DNA of 62,449 bases from Alphaproteobacteria bacterium (GTDB taxonomy: Bacteria > Pseudomonadota > Alphaproteobacteria > HIMB59). A program made the translations under genes and the position numbers. Below the pieces are notes generated by a model. That model did not search any database and was not told the origin of the DNA. It was given only the letters and a program-made list of their open reading frames with translations. The first letter of the stretch is position 1. Every line of letters begins with the position of its first letter. The stretch lies in assembly GCA_045560885.1 (NCBI GenBank), contig JBJKYU010000068.1, positions 1-62,449 on the forward strand, given 5' to 3'. This document shows positions 39,632 to 49,419 of the stretch, piece after piece.

Positions 39632-40088
39632 TTTTATTTTTAATATATTCCTCCCAGCGCCCTAAAAGATCAGAACTAGACGACTCTTTATGATTGCCTC
39701 CTATACCAAATTTAAGTTCAATATTAAATTCTTGGGCAGTATCATACTCCAAAATTTTCGAAGTATCAGATCGATCTCCTCCATTGGCAAAAATAATTTT
39801 ATTAGAGGGAAATTTTTTTCTAACAATGATAAGCAAATTAGAAGCACTTCCTTTTGAGTCATCTTCAAATTCAATAGCTTCATTTACTGCAGCGAGGCTG
39901 TTAATAACATAAAGTCTATGTTTGATATCCATAAAAAAGTTACCCTTTTTATTTATTAGCCATTGATTTGAATTAACTCCAACAATTAAATAATCTGAAA
40001 AATCAAGACAATCGTTCATCATCATTATATGCCCAGGATGAACCGGATCAAAACCTCCAGAAACAATACTTATAATTTTATTTTCCAT
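39621..40088 (-). CDS. Stand-alone HxGH cytidylyl/adenylyltransferase-family protein
   Basis: SGGFDPVHPGH, VGVNS..WL..KKG, FANGGDR, K..SSS. Confidence 0.85.
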   Translation of the reverse strand: MENKIISIVSGGFDPVHPGHIMMMNDCLDFSDYLIVGVNSNQWLINKKGNFFMDIKHRLYVINSLAAVNEAIEFEDDSKGSASNLLIIVRKKFPSNKIIFANGGDRSDTSKILEYDTAQEFNIELKFGIGGNHKESSSSDLLGRWEEYIKNKIKD

Positions 40089-40719
40089 TTTCGATAGATG
40101 AAATGTATTGCTCTAATTTAATTTGATCTTTTTTAGAAATATAGTTAGGTGAAACTTCAAGTATATCATGCCAACTAGCTAAATAATTGAGATTAACTTT
40201 CATTTTATTTAAGTTTTTTTTTGCAACAGGATAGATGTTATAGAAAAAAACCACATAAATATCCTTAACTGATAGGTCATTTTTTCTTAAAGAGTTAATA
40301 AAGTGAAGTTTACTACCTCCATCAGTAGCCATATCTTCAATAAGAATAGATGTAGATTTTTTTTTATACTCTCCCTCAATCAATTTTCCTTTTCCAAACC
40401 CTTTTGGCTGTTTTCTAATATAAACCATAGGCATCTTTAACTTATGGCTGATAAAAGAAGAATAAGGTATTCCAGCGGTCTCACCACCAGCAACTATGAC
40501 TTTTTTTTTATATTTAGATTTAATGAGCTTAGTCATTTCATTAATCACAATTTCTCTTTCTTTTGGAAAAGAAATTAACTTTCTACAATCAACGTAAACA
40601 GGGCTCTTTTTCCCTGAGGTTAAGGTAAACTTGTTTTTAAAATTTATATTTACGCAGCCTATTTTTAATAGGATATCAGCTATTTTTTGTTTTGAATTTT
40701 TGATTTTGATCTTCGACAT
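40078..40719 (-). CDS. pyrE: Orotate phosphoribosyltransferase
   Basis: [49 protein letters not shown]. The ATG at 40719 is preferred. Confidence 0.95.
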   Translation of the reverse strand: MSKIKIKNSKQKIADILLKIGCVNINFKNKFTLTSGKKSPVYVDCRKLISFPKEREIVINEMTKLIKSKYKKKVIVAGGETAGIPYSSFISHKLKMPMVYIRKQPKGFGKGKLIEGEYKKKSTSILIEDMATDGGSKLHFINSLRKNDLSVKDIYVVFFYNIYPVAKKNLNKMKVNLNYLASWHDILEVSPNYISKKDQIKLEQYISSIENGK

Positions 40720-40823
40720 TTTTCTGAACAATATTTAACATCATTCCATACCTTTTCCCATTTTTTTCTCCATGTAAAAGGAATATTGCAAACAACGCAA
40801 ATTTTAAATTCTTTGTTTTTCAG
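40680..40823 (-). CDS. DUF2256-family small Cys-rich protein (not in ORF track; apparent CTG start)
   Basis: Manual translation (L)[46 protein letters not shown] matches the KxCxxC..PFxWRKKW..W..V.YCS..C family signature. Confidence 0.88.
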   Translation of the reverse strand: MKNKEFKICVVCNIPFTWRKKWEKVWNDVKYCSEKCRRSKSKIQNKK

Positions 40824-41303
40824 TTAAATAATTTTCTCTATTTCTTTATCTTCAAGATTACCATTTATAATTACTAGAGGGCAATGTAATGAATTTCCCT
40901 TTTCATATATCAATTTATCAATTAATGGACCTGGTTTTCCAATATCTTTGCTAGTGGCTAAAATGATAGTAGAATTTGATGAGTAACTATTTAAAAAATT
41001 AATAAAATCATCTATTTCACTTATTTTAAAAATTTCTGTTTTTGCTTTTATTTTAGATTGTTCAAAAATGAAATCATGAACTTCTTTATGTTTGACTTTT
41101 TCACTACTTATTTGTTCTTTATCAAGAATTTTCTCGGTAGATGTAGTTAACATCATGCCATCACTAATGCTTTCAATAAAACTAATTGTTGTAAGGATTG
41201 ATTTAGTTGACTTAGCTCTTTTTGTAGCAAATTTTACAGCAGTCCACATTTCTTCACTATCATCGATTACAACAAAATAATTTCTTTGATTTATCTTTTT
41301 CAT
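40824..41303 (-). CDS. Universal stress protein-like
   Basis: FVVIDDSEE..AV.FA..RA, PGPLI, CPLVII.G.L; usual place after TIGR02186 in alphaproteobacteria. Confidence 0.75.
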   Translation of the reverse strand: MKKINQRNYFVVIDDSEEMWTAVKFATKRAKSTKSILTTISFIESISDGMMLTTSTEKILDKEQISSEKVKHKEVHDFIFEQSKIKAKTEIFKISEIDDFINFLNSYSSNSTIILATSKDIGKPGPLIDKLIYEKGNSLHCPLVIINGNLEDKEIEKII

Positions 41304-41983
41304 CTTCTTCTAAAAAGCCAATTTGATAATAAGCTAAATACAATCGAAAAGATAACTAAGATTGCTGTATAAACCAACGATTGCTCCTCTAGCATTATTT
41401 CAAATTTACTTGTAAGCCCTTTTTTTTGAATATTTAATTTTTTTTGGTTAAAGCTAATAACTTCATTATTTTGAATTTCATATAAAGAAACTTTAATATC
41501 ACCAGCTGAAATATTATCTGGTATTTTAAACTTTTTTATAAAAAGGCTTCCTTCGATACTTCGGAGCTCATCTTCAAAGTAAAGTCCTTTAATTTTAAGA
41601 GCTGTTCTTATTTGATAGAGTCTCTCCGAGATATCACTGATAAGTACATGTTTATTGGTAACCGAGGGTATTAAAAAAATCTGATTAAGTGAATACTTAG
41701 GGGTTGAGAAAATACCAAAAAAACTAGGAATTCTATCTATTTCTTGTTTTTCATTGATCCACAAAAGACCTTTTTTAGTTTTTGTGAACAATTTTCCTGG
41801 TTTTTCATTACCTTCAAATATAATTATCAAATCTCTTCCTTCGTCTTTTTGACCAAATAAAACAATTTCTTCACCTAAGAAGTTTGAGTTTATTTCTATA
41901 TCAAACTTATCAAGTGAAAATTTTGAAGACCAAGAGTTAGAAGAGCAAAAAACAAATAGTATTATTAGTATTATTCTAAGCAT
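41300..41983 (-). CDS. TIGR02186-family membrane-anchored protein
   Basis: Signal peptide, I.SNF.G..I.LFG, GLLWIN, C-terminal TM ending FRRR; coupled to a TauE gene. Confidence 0.8.
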   Translation of the reverse strand: MLRIILIILFVFCSSNSWSSKFSLDKFDIEINSNFLGEEIVLFGQKDEGRDLIIIFEGNEKPGKLFTKTKKGLLWINEKQEIDRIPSFFGIFSTPKYSLNQIFLIPSVTNKHVLISDISERLYQIRTALKIKGLYFEDELRSIEGSLFIKKFKIPDNISAGDIKVSLYEIQNNEVISFNQKKLNIQKKGLTSKFEIMLEEQSLVYTAILVIFSIVFSLLSNWLFRRR

Positions 41984-42878
41984 ACTCTATCCGATATAAA
42001 TTGATTGGGGTTCTAAAAAGTTCATATAAAAGAAAAGATGCAATGATTATTAAGAGCACACCAAATAATACTTTTAAATTTTCTTGATCTAACCTCTCAA
42101 CAATTCTAGAAGCAATAGCAGCCCCAAATGAACTACTAATGATAAGTATTATTGCTAATACAAAATCCACATTTTGATTTATTGTAATTTGGAGAAAAAG
42201 AGAAATTAAGGAAATAATCGTAATATTAAAAAGGGAAGTACCTATGACTGATATTGTAGTCATTCCCAAAAGATAAATCATGCATGGAATTAGAATAAAT
42301 CCTCCTCCGATGCCTGTAAATCCTGTCAAAAGACCTATCCCGAAACCTATAATCAGCGGGGCAAGAATACTGATATATAATTTTGATTTTCTATATTTAA
42401 ACTTAAAGGGAAGACCATGTATCCAAGAGTGTTGATGCAATTTAAATTTTTTATTTTTATAAAAAATATTTACCTTAGCTGTTTCGTATAAAATAAAAAT
42501 TGCTGTTCCTAACAAAAGCACGACATAAATAAAGCTAAGATAATTATCAATTGATCCAATGTTTTGAAGATTGTTTAAAAGCAAAACTCCTGTCAAAGTA
42601 CCAAAAATACCTCCAATGACCATGGTAATGCCCATTTGATAATCAATATTCTTTTTCTGATAATGGTTTATTACACCTGTTGAAGTAGAAGCAAATACTT
42701 GAACTGTAGTCGACCCTACAGCTACAGCAGGAGGTATTCCCACAAGAATGAGTAAAGGTGAAGAAATAAACCCTCCTCCGATACCAAAAAGCCCTGATAT
42801 AAAACCAATCCCTATACCAAGTGATAACAATATATAAATGTTGATAGATATTTCAGCGATAGGTAAATAGAAATTCAT
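41976..42878 (-). CDS. Sulfite exporter TauE/SafE-family membrane protein
   Basis: YLPIAE, SGLFGIGGGF, GIPPAVAV, WIHGLPFK, GIGGGFILIP, GTSLF. Confidence 0.92.
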   Translation of the reverse strand: MNFYLPIAEISINIYILLSLGIGIGFISGLFGIGGGFISSPLLILVGIPPAVAVGSTTVQVFASTSTGVINHYQKKNIDYQMGITMVIGGIFGTLTGVLLLNNLQNIGSIDNYLSFIYVVLLLGTAIFILYETAKVNIFYKNKKFKLHQHSWIHGLPFKFKYRKSKLYISILAPLIIGFGIGLLTGFTGIGGGFILIPCMIYLLGMTTISVIGTSLFNITIISLISLFLQITINQNVDFVLAIILIISSSFGAAIASRIVERLDQENLKVLFGVLLIIIASFLLYELFRTPINLYRIEYA

Positions 42879-42924
42879 TTATTAAGTGAATATTTTAATA
42901 ATATAATTTATACATCAATAAATC

Positions 42925-43461
42925 ATGAAATACACATTAGCTTTTGCATGTTCACAAGATGGTTTTATAGCAAAACATTCAAAAGATAATCCTTTTGAAT
43001 GGACCTCAAAAGAAGATCAAAATCATTTGCAGACACTAATTAGTGAAAATAAATGGCAAGTAATGGGAAGAACTACTCATGAACTTAACCCTAATCAACA
43101 AAGAAAAAGAATTGTTTTCTCAAGAAAGTATGAGGAGATAAAACTTATAAAAGAAGATATTCCTGATCAGTTTTATTTTAACCCAGATTTACACCAATGG
43201 AGCGATTTTGAAAAGATATGTTCAGGAAATATTTTAATTTTAGGAGGCACTAGCGTACATGATTTTTTTATCTACGCTGAATTAGTTGATACCATTCACA
43301 TTACTGTGGAACCTCATACATTTAATGAGGGTGTTAGAGCTTTTTCATACATAAATTTTAAAGATTATAAGCCATACTTTTTATCTAAAAGTTACTCTTA
43401 TGAAGAAAAGACTCTCAATCACAATGGTACAAAATTAATTTCATTTAATAAGAATTCTTAA
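42925..43461 (+). CDS. Dihydrofolate reductase / RibD C-terminal-like reductase
   Basis: A.SQDGFIA, WTSKED, VMGRTT, ILGGTSV, LVD.I.ITVEP..F..G. Confidence 0.8.
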   Translation: MKYTLAFACSQDGFIAKHSKDNPFEWTSKEDQNHLQTLISENKWQVMGRTTHELNPNQQRKRIVFSRKYEEIKLIKEDIPDQFYFNPDLHQWSDFEKICSGNILILGGTSVHDFFIYAELVDTIHITVEPHTFNEGVRAFSYINFKDYKPYFLSKSYSYEEKTLNHNGTKLISFNKNS

Positions 43462-44044
43462 AAAGATTATAATCTTCTAGATTATTTATATTAAAGAATT
43501 CTAATTTTTTCTCTTTTTTAATACTTAAATATTCAAACCCAATTTCCTCAGCAAATTTCATAATCTTATAACCGTCATTCAAATTTAAAATTCTATCTAA
43601 TTTTTCAAAAGAATTGATAGACCAAAATGAAAACATAGGTTCTATTTTTCCATCTATTTTAGAGATATAAGAGTTTTTATTCTTAGTTTGTATCTTTTCA
43701 AATTCTTTAAAAAGATTTAGATTTATTAAAGGGGCATCTGTAGGCAACATAGCAAACCAAATATTTTTTTTTGTTTTTTCATAGAGACTCATAACACTAT
43801 GAAGGCCAGCTAGTGGACCCTTCCTACCTTTGATTTTGTCTGCTACTAATTGAAAACCAAATTTTGAGTATTTCTCTTCATCATCATTTACATTAATGAC
43901 AATTTCGTATCCAAGTATTTTTAATTGATCTAAGAGTAATTCAATAAATGTTTTGTTATGAATTTTAAGAAAACTTTTATTCTGGAATTTCATTCGAGTG
44001 GACTTTCCTCCAGTAAGGATTGAAATTATTATTTGATCGCTCAC
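43445..44044 (-). CDS. mobA: Molybdenum cofactor guanylyltransferase
   Basis: ILTGGKSTRM..K, GPLAGL, PTDAP, FFNINN.ED. Confidence 0.9.
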   Translation of the reverse strand: MSDQIIISILTGGKSTRMKFQNKSFLKIHNKTFIELLLDQLKILGYEIVINVNDDEEKYSKFGFQLVADKIKGRKGPLAGLHSVMSLYEKTKKNIWFAMLPTDAPLINLNLFKEFEKIQTKNKNSYISKIDGKIEPMFSFWSINSFEKLDRILNLNDGYKIMKFAEEIGFEYLSIKKEKKLEFFNINNLEDYNLFKNSY

Positions 44045-44847
44045 TTTTTAAATCTAAAGTCACCAGATAATATATTTAGTCTTTTCCCTCTTAATCTACC
44101 AATCATAGTTAATTTTTTCTTTCTAGCTATTTCTACAGCCCATGCTGTGAAACCTGAGCGAGACAAAAGTATTGGTATTCGCATCTTTATGCATTTAATT
44201 ACCATTTCACTGGTTAAACGACCAGTTGTGTAAAATGACATATTTTCAACATTGATATTTTTTTTCAAAATTAATCCTGCAATCTTATCAACAGCATTAT
44301 GCCTTCCAACATCTTCAAAATAATAAAGAGGTTTATTTCCTTCGCACAAAACACAACCATGAATGGCACCAACTTTAAGATATAAACTGGGTTCTAAATT
44401 AATTTTTTTTGATAACTCTATAAGTTCTTGATGAGTTACTTTGATATTTTTATTTAAAATAATTTCTTCTACTTCGTTATATAAATCACCAAATACTGTG
44501 CCTTGTGCACAACCTGAAGTATTAACCTTTTTCTTTAATTTTTTTTCATAATTAGTTTTATCAGCAGTTCTAACAACAATTGTTTTGAGATCTTTGTGGT
44601 ATTCTATTTTTCTGACTTTGTTAAAATCATCTAACATTCCTTGATTGTACAAATATCCAAGTGCCAAATACTCAGGATAATCACCAATAGTCATCATTGT
44701 TACTATTTCTTGATTGTTGAGATACAAAGTTAATGGCTTTTCTTCAATTACGGGAATAATTATTTTTTTTCCATTCTCATCTATGGTGTTTTTATATTTA
44801 AATAAGGATTTATTATTTACACTCGGTCTAATCAAAAAATCTGTCAT
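44041..44847 (-). CDS. fdhD: Formate dehydrogenase accessory sulfurtransferase
   Basis: EKPLTLYLN, LALGYL, TSGCAQGT, GAIHGC, EDVGRHNAVDK, TTGRLTSEMV. Confidence 0.96.
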   Translation of the reverse strand: MTDFLIRPSVNNKSLFKYKNTIDENGKKIIIPVIEEKPLTLYLNNQEIVTMMTIGDYPEYLALGYLYNQGMLDDFNKVRKIEYHKDLKTIVVRTADKTNYEKKLKKKVNTSGCAQGTVFGDLYNEVEEIILNKNIKVTHQELIELSKKINLEPSLYLKVGAIHGCVLCEGNKPLYYFEDVGRHNAVDKIAGLILKKNINVENMSFYTTGRLTSEMVIKCIKMRIPILLSRSGFTAWAVEIARKKKLTMIGRLRGKRLNILSGDFRFKK

Positions 44848-44879
44848 AATTTTATAGATGTATTATGGTTGTTAAATAA

Positions 44880-45368
44880 ATGAAAACAATAGCAGTTATT
44901 GGGTGGAAAAATAGTGGCAAGACGACATTAGTATCCAGACTCGTTGCCCATCTTAAGAAAAAAAAATTTAAAGTAGGTGTGGTAAAGCATGCTCATCATA
45001 CATTTGACATTGATCACCCTAATACTGATAGCTATAAAATTAGGGAAGCTGGCTCATACAAAACCACAATTGTTTCAGAAAAAAGACTAGCTCATATAGA
45101 AGAAAAAATCTCACCTGAAATAGATATAGAAGAATTAATCAAACTTAATAATGGGTGCGATATTCTTATATTTGAAGGCTTTAAAAAAATAAAAAAACTC
45201 TCAAAAATTGAAGTAAATTTAACTAAGAATAATAAAGAATTGCTTTATAAATCTTTAGATAATGTCAAACTTTTAGTCAGTGATGATATGTCAGAACATC
45301 CAATTAAAGTATTAAGACACGATCAAGTTAATGAAATTATAAAAGAAATTTTAAGTGACTTATTCTAA
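44880..45368 (+). CDS. mobB: Molybdopterin-guanine dinucleotide biosynthesis protein B
   Basis: GWKNSGKTT, VKHAHHTFDID...DS, EGFK. Confidence 0.94.
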   Translation: MKTIAVIGWKNSGKTTLVSRLVAHLKKKKFKVGVVKHAHHTFDIDHPNTDSYKIREAGSYKTTIVSEKRLAHIEEKISPEIDIEELIKLNNGCDILIFEGFKKIKKLSKIEVNLTKNNKELLYKSLDNVKLLVSDDMSEHPIKVLRHDQVNEIIKEILSDLF

Positions 45369-46539
45369 ATTTATTAGTTTAAAAAAAGCAGTTCAAATAG
45401 CTCTTTTACACAATAAAAGAACGAAAAAATCTTCTAAAATTGATTTAGCCAATTCTCTTAATTTTATTTCAAGTAAAGAAATACGTTCACCAATAAATTT
45501 GCCTGAGTTAAACTCAGCAGGACTTGATGGTATTATAATATCAAATAAAAAATCTACTAAAATTCCCATTTCATCAAAAATAATCAAAACAGGGAAAGTT
45601 TTTAACAATTTAAGCATAAATTATGCTTATAGAATTAATACTGGTGCTAGCATTCCAAGTAAATTTAACAATTTTATTTCTTTAGAAAATGCATTCATTG
45701 AAAATGATTATTTAATTTTATCAAAATCAAAAATTTCTAATAAAGACATAAAAAAAAAAGGTGAGGATTTAAAAAAAAATCAAATACTTATAAAAAAAAA
45801 TCAAAAAATTAATTTTATAAAACTCGCCTTGCTTGCTTCAGTTGGAATAAAAAAAATTGACATATACAGTCCGTTAAAAGTTGGTGTGATTTCTACTGGA
45901 GATGAATTAATTGATTACAAAAAGAAAAAAAAAGACTTTCAAACTTTTGACTCAAATAAATTACAAATTATCAATTTTCTTAAGAAATATCCTATTTCAA
46001 TAAATGATTTAGGAATTTTAAAAGATACTTTTAAAGATGTTGAGAAATTTTATAAAACTAAAAATTCTCAGTATGATTTAATTATTAGTTCAGGAGGATC
46101 GTCATTCAGTTCCGGAGATCACACTTCATCTTATTTAACTAAAAATTCTAAAATTTTATTTCAATATCTTCGTATACAGCCCGGAAGACCAATAATTTTT
46201 GCAAAACAGAATAGACAATATATTTTTTCCCTACCGGGTAATCCACTTGCTGTAATGGTTAATTTGAAATTAATAATTTCAAAATTTTTAGACCCAAATG
46301 ATCTTTATTCAAACTTTAAAGTAGATAATTTTAAATCAGGTTTTAGTGAAAATAAAAAAGTTAATATTACCAAATTTATCAGAGTTAAGATTAAAGGTAA
46401 AACAGCCTTTGAACACAACTCTAAAGGGTCTGCTAAATTAATTTCTACGGCACAAAGTGATGGATTTTTGATTGTCGAAGAGGGTTTATCTAAAGTTATT
46501 AAAGGAAAGTCGTATCCAGTTATTAAATTTGAAATTTAA
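45355..46539 (+). CDS. moeA: Molybdopterin molybdo/tungsto-transferase, divergent (GTG start)
   Basis: INTGA.IP, GEDL, STGDEL, DSN, SSGG.S, QPGRP, LPGNP. Confidence 0.9.
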   Translation: MTYSKFISLKKAVQIALLHNKRTKKSSKIDLANSLNFISSKEIRSPINLPELNSAGLDGIIISNKKSTKIPISSKIIKTGKVFNNLSINYAYRINTGASIPSKFNNFISLENAFIENDYLILSKSKISNKDIKKKGEDLKKNQILIKKNQKINFIKLALLASVGIKKIDIYSPLKVGVISTGDELIDYKKKKKDFQTFDSNKLQIINFLKKYPISINDLGILKDTFKDVEKFYKTKNSQYDLIISSGGSSFSSGDHTSSYLTKNSKILFQYLRIQPGRPIIFAKQNRQYIFSLPGNPLAVMVNLKLIISKFLDPNDLYSNFKVDNFKSGFSENKKVNITKFIRVKIKGKTAFEHNSKGSAKLISTAQSDGFLIVEEGLSKVIKGKSYPVIKFEI

Positions 46540-46741
46540 TAATTACGATATTTTTGAGAGTTTTTAATGAAATAATTTTGAAATTATTTTCTTCACAGTA
46601 ATTTTCAAAATCAAATTTAGATAAAGGATCATCGCTCTCTACTGTAATTAAATCATTTTTTTTTAATTTTTTTATACGTTTGGCAGTCTTTAATACAGGT
46701 ATTGGACATTCATAACCTTTCGTATCTAGATAATATTCCAT
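46523..46741 (-). CDS. tusA: TusA-family sulfur carrier
   Basis: LDTKGYECPIPVLK and DDP motifs; 72 aa. Confidence 0.9.
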   Translation of the reverse strand: MEYYLDTKGYECPIPVLKTAKRIKKLKKNDLITVESDDPLSKFDFENYCEENNFKIISLKTLKNIVIIKFQI

Positions 46742-46768
46742 TTAAGTATATATTTATTTTAATATTTC

Positions 46769-47650
46769 ATGGAAATAAAGAATTTAGAAATAATTTTAGC
46801 ATTAGATAGTGAAAAACACTTTAATCGTGCTGCTGAAAAATTAAATATATCTCAACCAGCATTATCTATGAAATTAAAATCATTAGAAAATGAAATTGGT
46901 GTCAAGCTAGTAAAAAGAGGTAAAAATTTTATTGGTTTAACAAAAGAGGGTGAAATTTTAAAAGAAAAATTTAAGTATATCGTTAAAGAGTACAGTGAAA
47001 TTAAACAACTAAGTTCTGAATTAAAAAATAACCTCACTGGGAGTTTGAGGGTAGGAGTAATACCTTCCGCCCTTATCGATGTCTCATATATTCTAAATCA
47101 ATATGTGAAAAAGTTTAGAAATATAAATATACAAGTCTATTCAATGTCCTCAAATAAAATAGACGAGGGATTACACGATTTTAAGTTGGATATTGGTTTT
47201 AGCTATTTAGATAATGAACCTATACTTGGTGTGGAAAAAGTACATCTATACAAAGAAAAGTATTTTTTAGTTACTAAAAATAAAAGATACCAAAAATTAC
47301 AAAATATTTCTTGGACTGAGTGTGATGGCCAGGATTTATGTCTAATCTCCCAAGAAAATCAATTTAGGAGAATATTAGATGCTATATTTAAAAGTAAAAA
47401 TATTACTCCTAATATTATGATTGAGTCTAACTCATTAATTCATCTTTTTTCCCATGTCTCATCTTCAGATCTATCGACTATTATGCCAGGTTCTTATGCA
47501 TCTCTATTTGAGAATGATTCTAATATTCAATTTATTGAATTAAATACTCCTGTTGTAACTCATTCCGTTGGTTCGGTTTTTATTAAAGATAAAGGCCCAT
47601 CTCCAATAAAGGACTCATTTATAAAGTTTTTAAAAAATTTTGATAAGTAA
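46769..47650 (+). CDS. LysR-type transcriptional regulator, probable formate dehydrogenase regulator
   Basis: HFNRAAEKLNISQPALS..LE..IG..L..R helix-turn-helix, LTKEGE, G.LRVG; directly upstream of the fdh genes. Confidence 0.93.
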   Translation: MEIKNLEIILALDSEKHFNRAAEKLNISQPALSMKLKSLENEIGVKLVKRGKNFIGLTKEGEILKEKFKYIVKEYSEIKQLSSELKNNLTGSLRVGVIPSALIDVSYILNQYVKKFRNINIQVYSMSSNKIDEGLHDFKLDIGFSYLDNEPILGVEKVHLYKEKYFLVTKNKRYQKLQNISWTECDGQDLCLISQENQFRRILDAIFKSKNITPNIMIESNSLIHLFSHVSSSDLSTIMPGSYASLFENDSNIQFIELNTPVVTHSVGSVFIKDKGPSPIKDSFIKFLKNFDK

Positions 47651-47657
47651 TCCTTAT
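47643..47657. promoter_or_regulatory. Candidate LysR recognition site
   Basis: Perfect dyad ATAAG-taatc-CTTAT conforming to T-N11-A, about 60-70 nt upstream of the fdh beta start. Confidence 0.65.
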
Positions 47658-47715
47658 TAATCAATTACTCATTAATAATTGAATATTTAATCGATTTAAA
47701 TAATTTCAATGATAC

Positions 47716-49419
47716 ATGGAAGATAACACTAAAAAAATACATCCTGGTTCCGGCAGAAGAAACGCTTTAACTTTCAATAAAGGTAGACAATCTGATGATC
47801 AATCAATTAATGAGTTAAAAAATTTAATCCCAACTGATTATCTTCGACAAAGAGATATGCTGATAGAGTGCCTTCATTTAATTCAAGATAATTATAAATG
47901 TTTGAAACCTAAATATTTAGCTGCCTTAGCAGAATTAACTAATCTCCCCTTAACTGAAATTTATGAAGTTGCATCTTTTTATGCACACTTTGATATTTTC
48001 AAAGATGATGAAGTTGCACCAGCTGAAATCACAATTCGTGTATGTGATAGCATTACATGTGAGATGAATGGATGCCAATCTCTTCAAAAAGAACTTGAAT
48101 CAAATTATTCTGGCGATGAAAATATTAGGGTCGTAAGAGCTCCTTGTATGGGCCGATGTCATCAAGCGCCAGTAGTTGAAGTTGGAAAAAAACACATCAC
48201 AAATGCTAATCTGGAAAAAATAAAAACTTCGATTGAGACCAAAGACATAAAACCTATTACACCTGAATATATTAATTTTGAAAATTATACTAAGTCTGGT
48301 GGGTATAAAATCTTAAAAGAATGTCTAGAAAATAAAAAAAATCCAATGGACTTAATTGAAGAAATGGAATTATCAGGCCTTAGAGGATTAGGTGGGGCAG
48401 GATTTCCAACTGGAAAAAAATGGAGATTTGTTAGGGCTGAACAGCAGCCAAGACTAATGGCTATAAACGGCGATGAAGGAGAACCTGGAACTTTTAAAGA
48501 TCATCATTATCTTTCAAGAGATCCTCATCGTTTTCTTGAAGGTATGTTGATTGCAGCTTGGGTTGTTGAAGCTTCTGATGTTTATATCTACATGAGAGAT
48601 GAGTATCCTGATGTAATTAAATTTTTAAAAAAAGAAATTAAAATTATTGAAGATAACAATTTAAATATCAAAACCAGAATACATTTAAGAAGAGGTGCGG
48701 GCGCCTATATTTGTGGTGAAGAGTCCTCAATGCTTGAAAGTCTAGAAGGCAAAAGAGGTCTACCAAGACACAAACCTCCTTTCCCCTCCCAAGTGGGTTT
48801 GTTTGGACGACCAACTCTTATTCATAATGTAGAAACAGTTTTTTGGGTCAGAGAAATTTTAGAAAAAGGTGCTGTTTGGTTTAACAGTCATGGTCTCAAT
48901 AACAGAAAAGGTTTAAGGACTTTTTCAGTTTCTGGGAGAGTCAAAAACCCTGGTGTCAAGCTAGCTCCAGCAGGTATTACAATAAAACAGTTAATTGAAG
49001 AATACTGTGGGGGAATGCAAGATAATCATACTTTTAAGGCGTACCTTCCTGGCGGTGCTTCAGGTGGCATTTTACCTGCTTCCATGGATAACGTTCCCCT
49101 AGACTTTGATACCTTACAGGAGCATGGATGTTTTATTGGTTCAGCTGCCGTAGTTGTTTTATCGGATAAAGATAAAATGGGTGAAATAGCAAAGAATTTA
49201 ATGTTTTTCTTTCATGATGAGAGTTGTGGCCAGTGTACACCCTGTAGAAATGGAACAGAGAAGGCCCTTAAACTAATGAATGAAAGTTCCTGGGATGTAG
49301 AATTATTAAAAGAGCTATCGTCAGCCATGATGGATGCATCCATTTGTGGATTAGGGCAGGCTGCTCCTAATCCTTTACTTTCTGTAATCAAACATTTTCC
49401 TAATGAGGTAACCAACTAA
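47716..49419 (+). CDS. NAD-dependent formate dehydrogenase beta (diaphorase) subunit, NuoE+NuoF-like fusion
   Basis: [2Fe-2S] ligands CDSITC...CMGRC; FMN/NAD motifs RGLGGAGFPTG, DEGEPGTFKD, GAGAYICGEE; [4Fe-4S] ESCGQCTPC...C. Confidence 0.93.
   Translation: MEDNTKKIHPGSGRRNALTFNKGRQSDDQSINELKNLIPTDYLRQRDMLIECLHLIQDNYKCLKPKYLAALAELTNLPLTEIYEVASFYAHFDIFKDDEVAPAEITIRVCDSITCEMNGCQSLQKELESNYSGDENIRVVRAPCMGRCHQAPVVEVGKKHITNANLEKIKTSIETKDIKPITPEYINFENYTKSGGYKILKECLENKKNPMDLIEEMELSGLRGLGGAGFPTGKKWRFVRAEQQPRLMAINGDEGEPGTFKDHHYLSRDPHRFLEGMLIAAWVVEASDVYIYMRDEYPDVIKFLKKEIKIIEDNNLNIKTRIHLRRGAGAYICGEESSMLESLEGKRGLPRHKPPFPSQVGLFGRPTLIHNVETVFWVREILEKGAVWFNSHGLNNRKGLRTFSVSGRVKNPGVKLAPAGITIKQLIEEYCGGMQDNHTFKAYLPGGASGGILPASMDNVPLDFDTLQEHGCFIGSAAVVVLSDKDKMGEIAKNLMFFFHDESCGQCTPCRNGTEKALKLMNESSWDVELLKELSSAMMDASICGLGQAAPNPLLSVIKHFPNEVTN

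Noticed and set aside
47716-49419. Complex I nuoEF or hydrogenase hoxF
   Set aside because: No other nuo or hox genes are nearby, and it is coupled by TAATG to a molybdopterin FDH alpha subunit beside fdhD.
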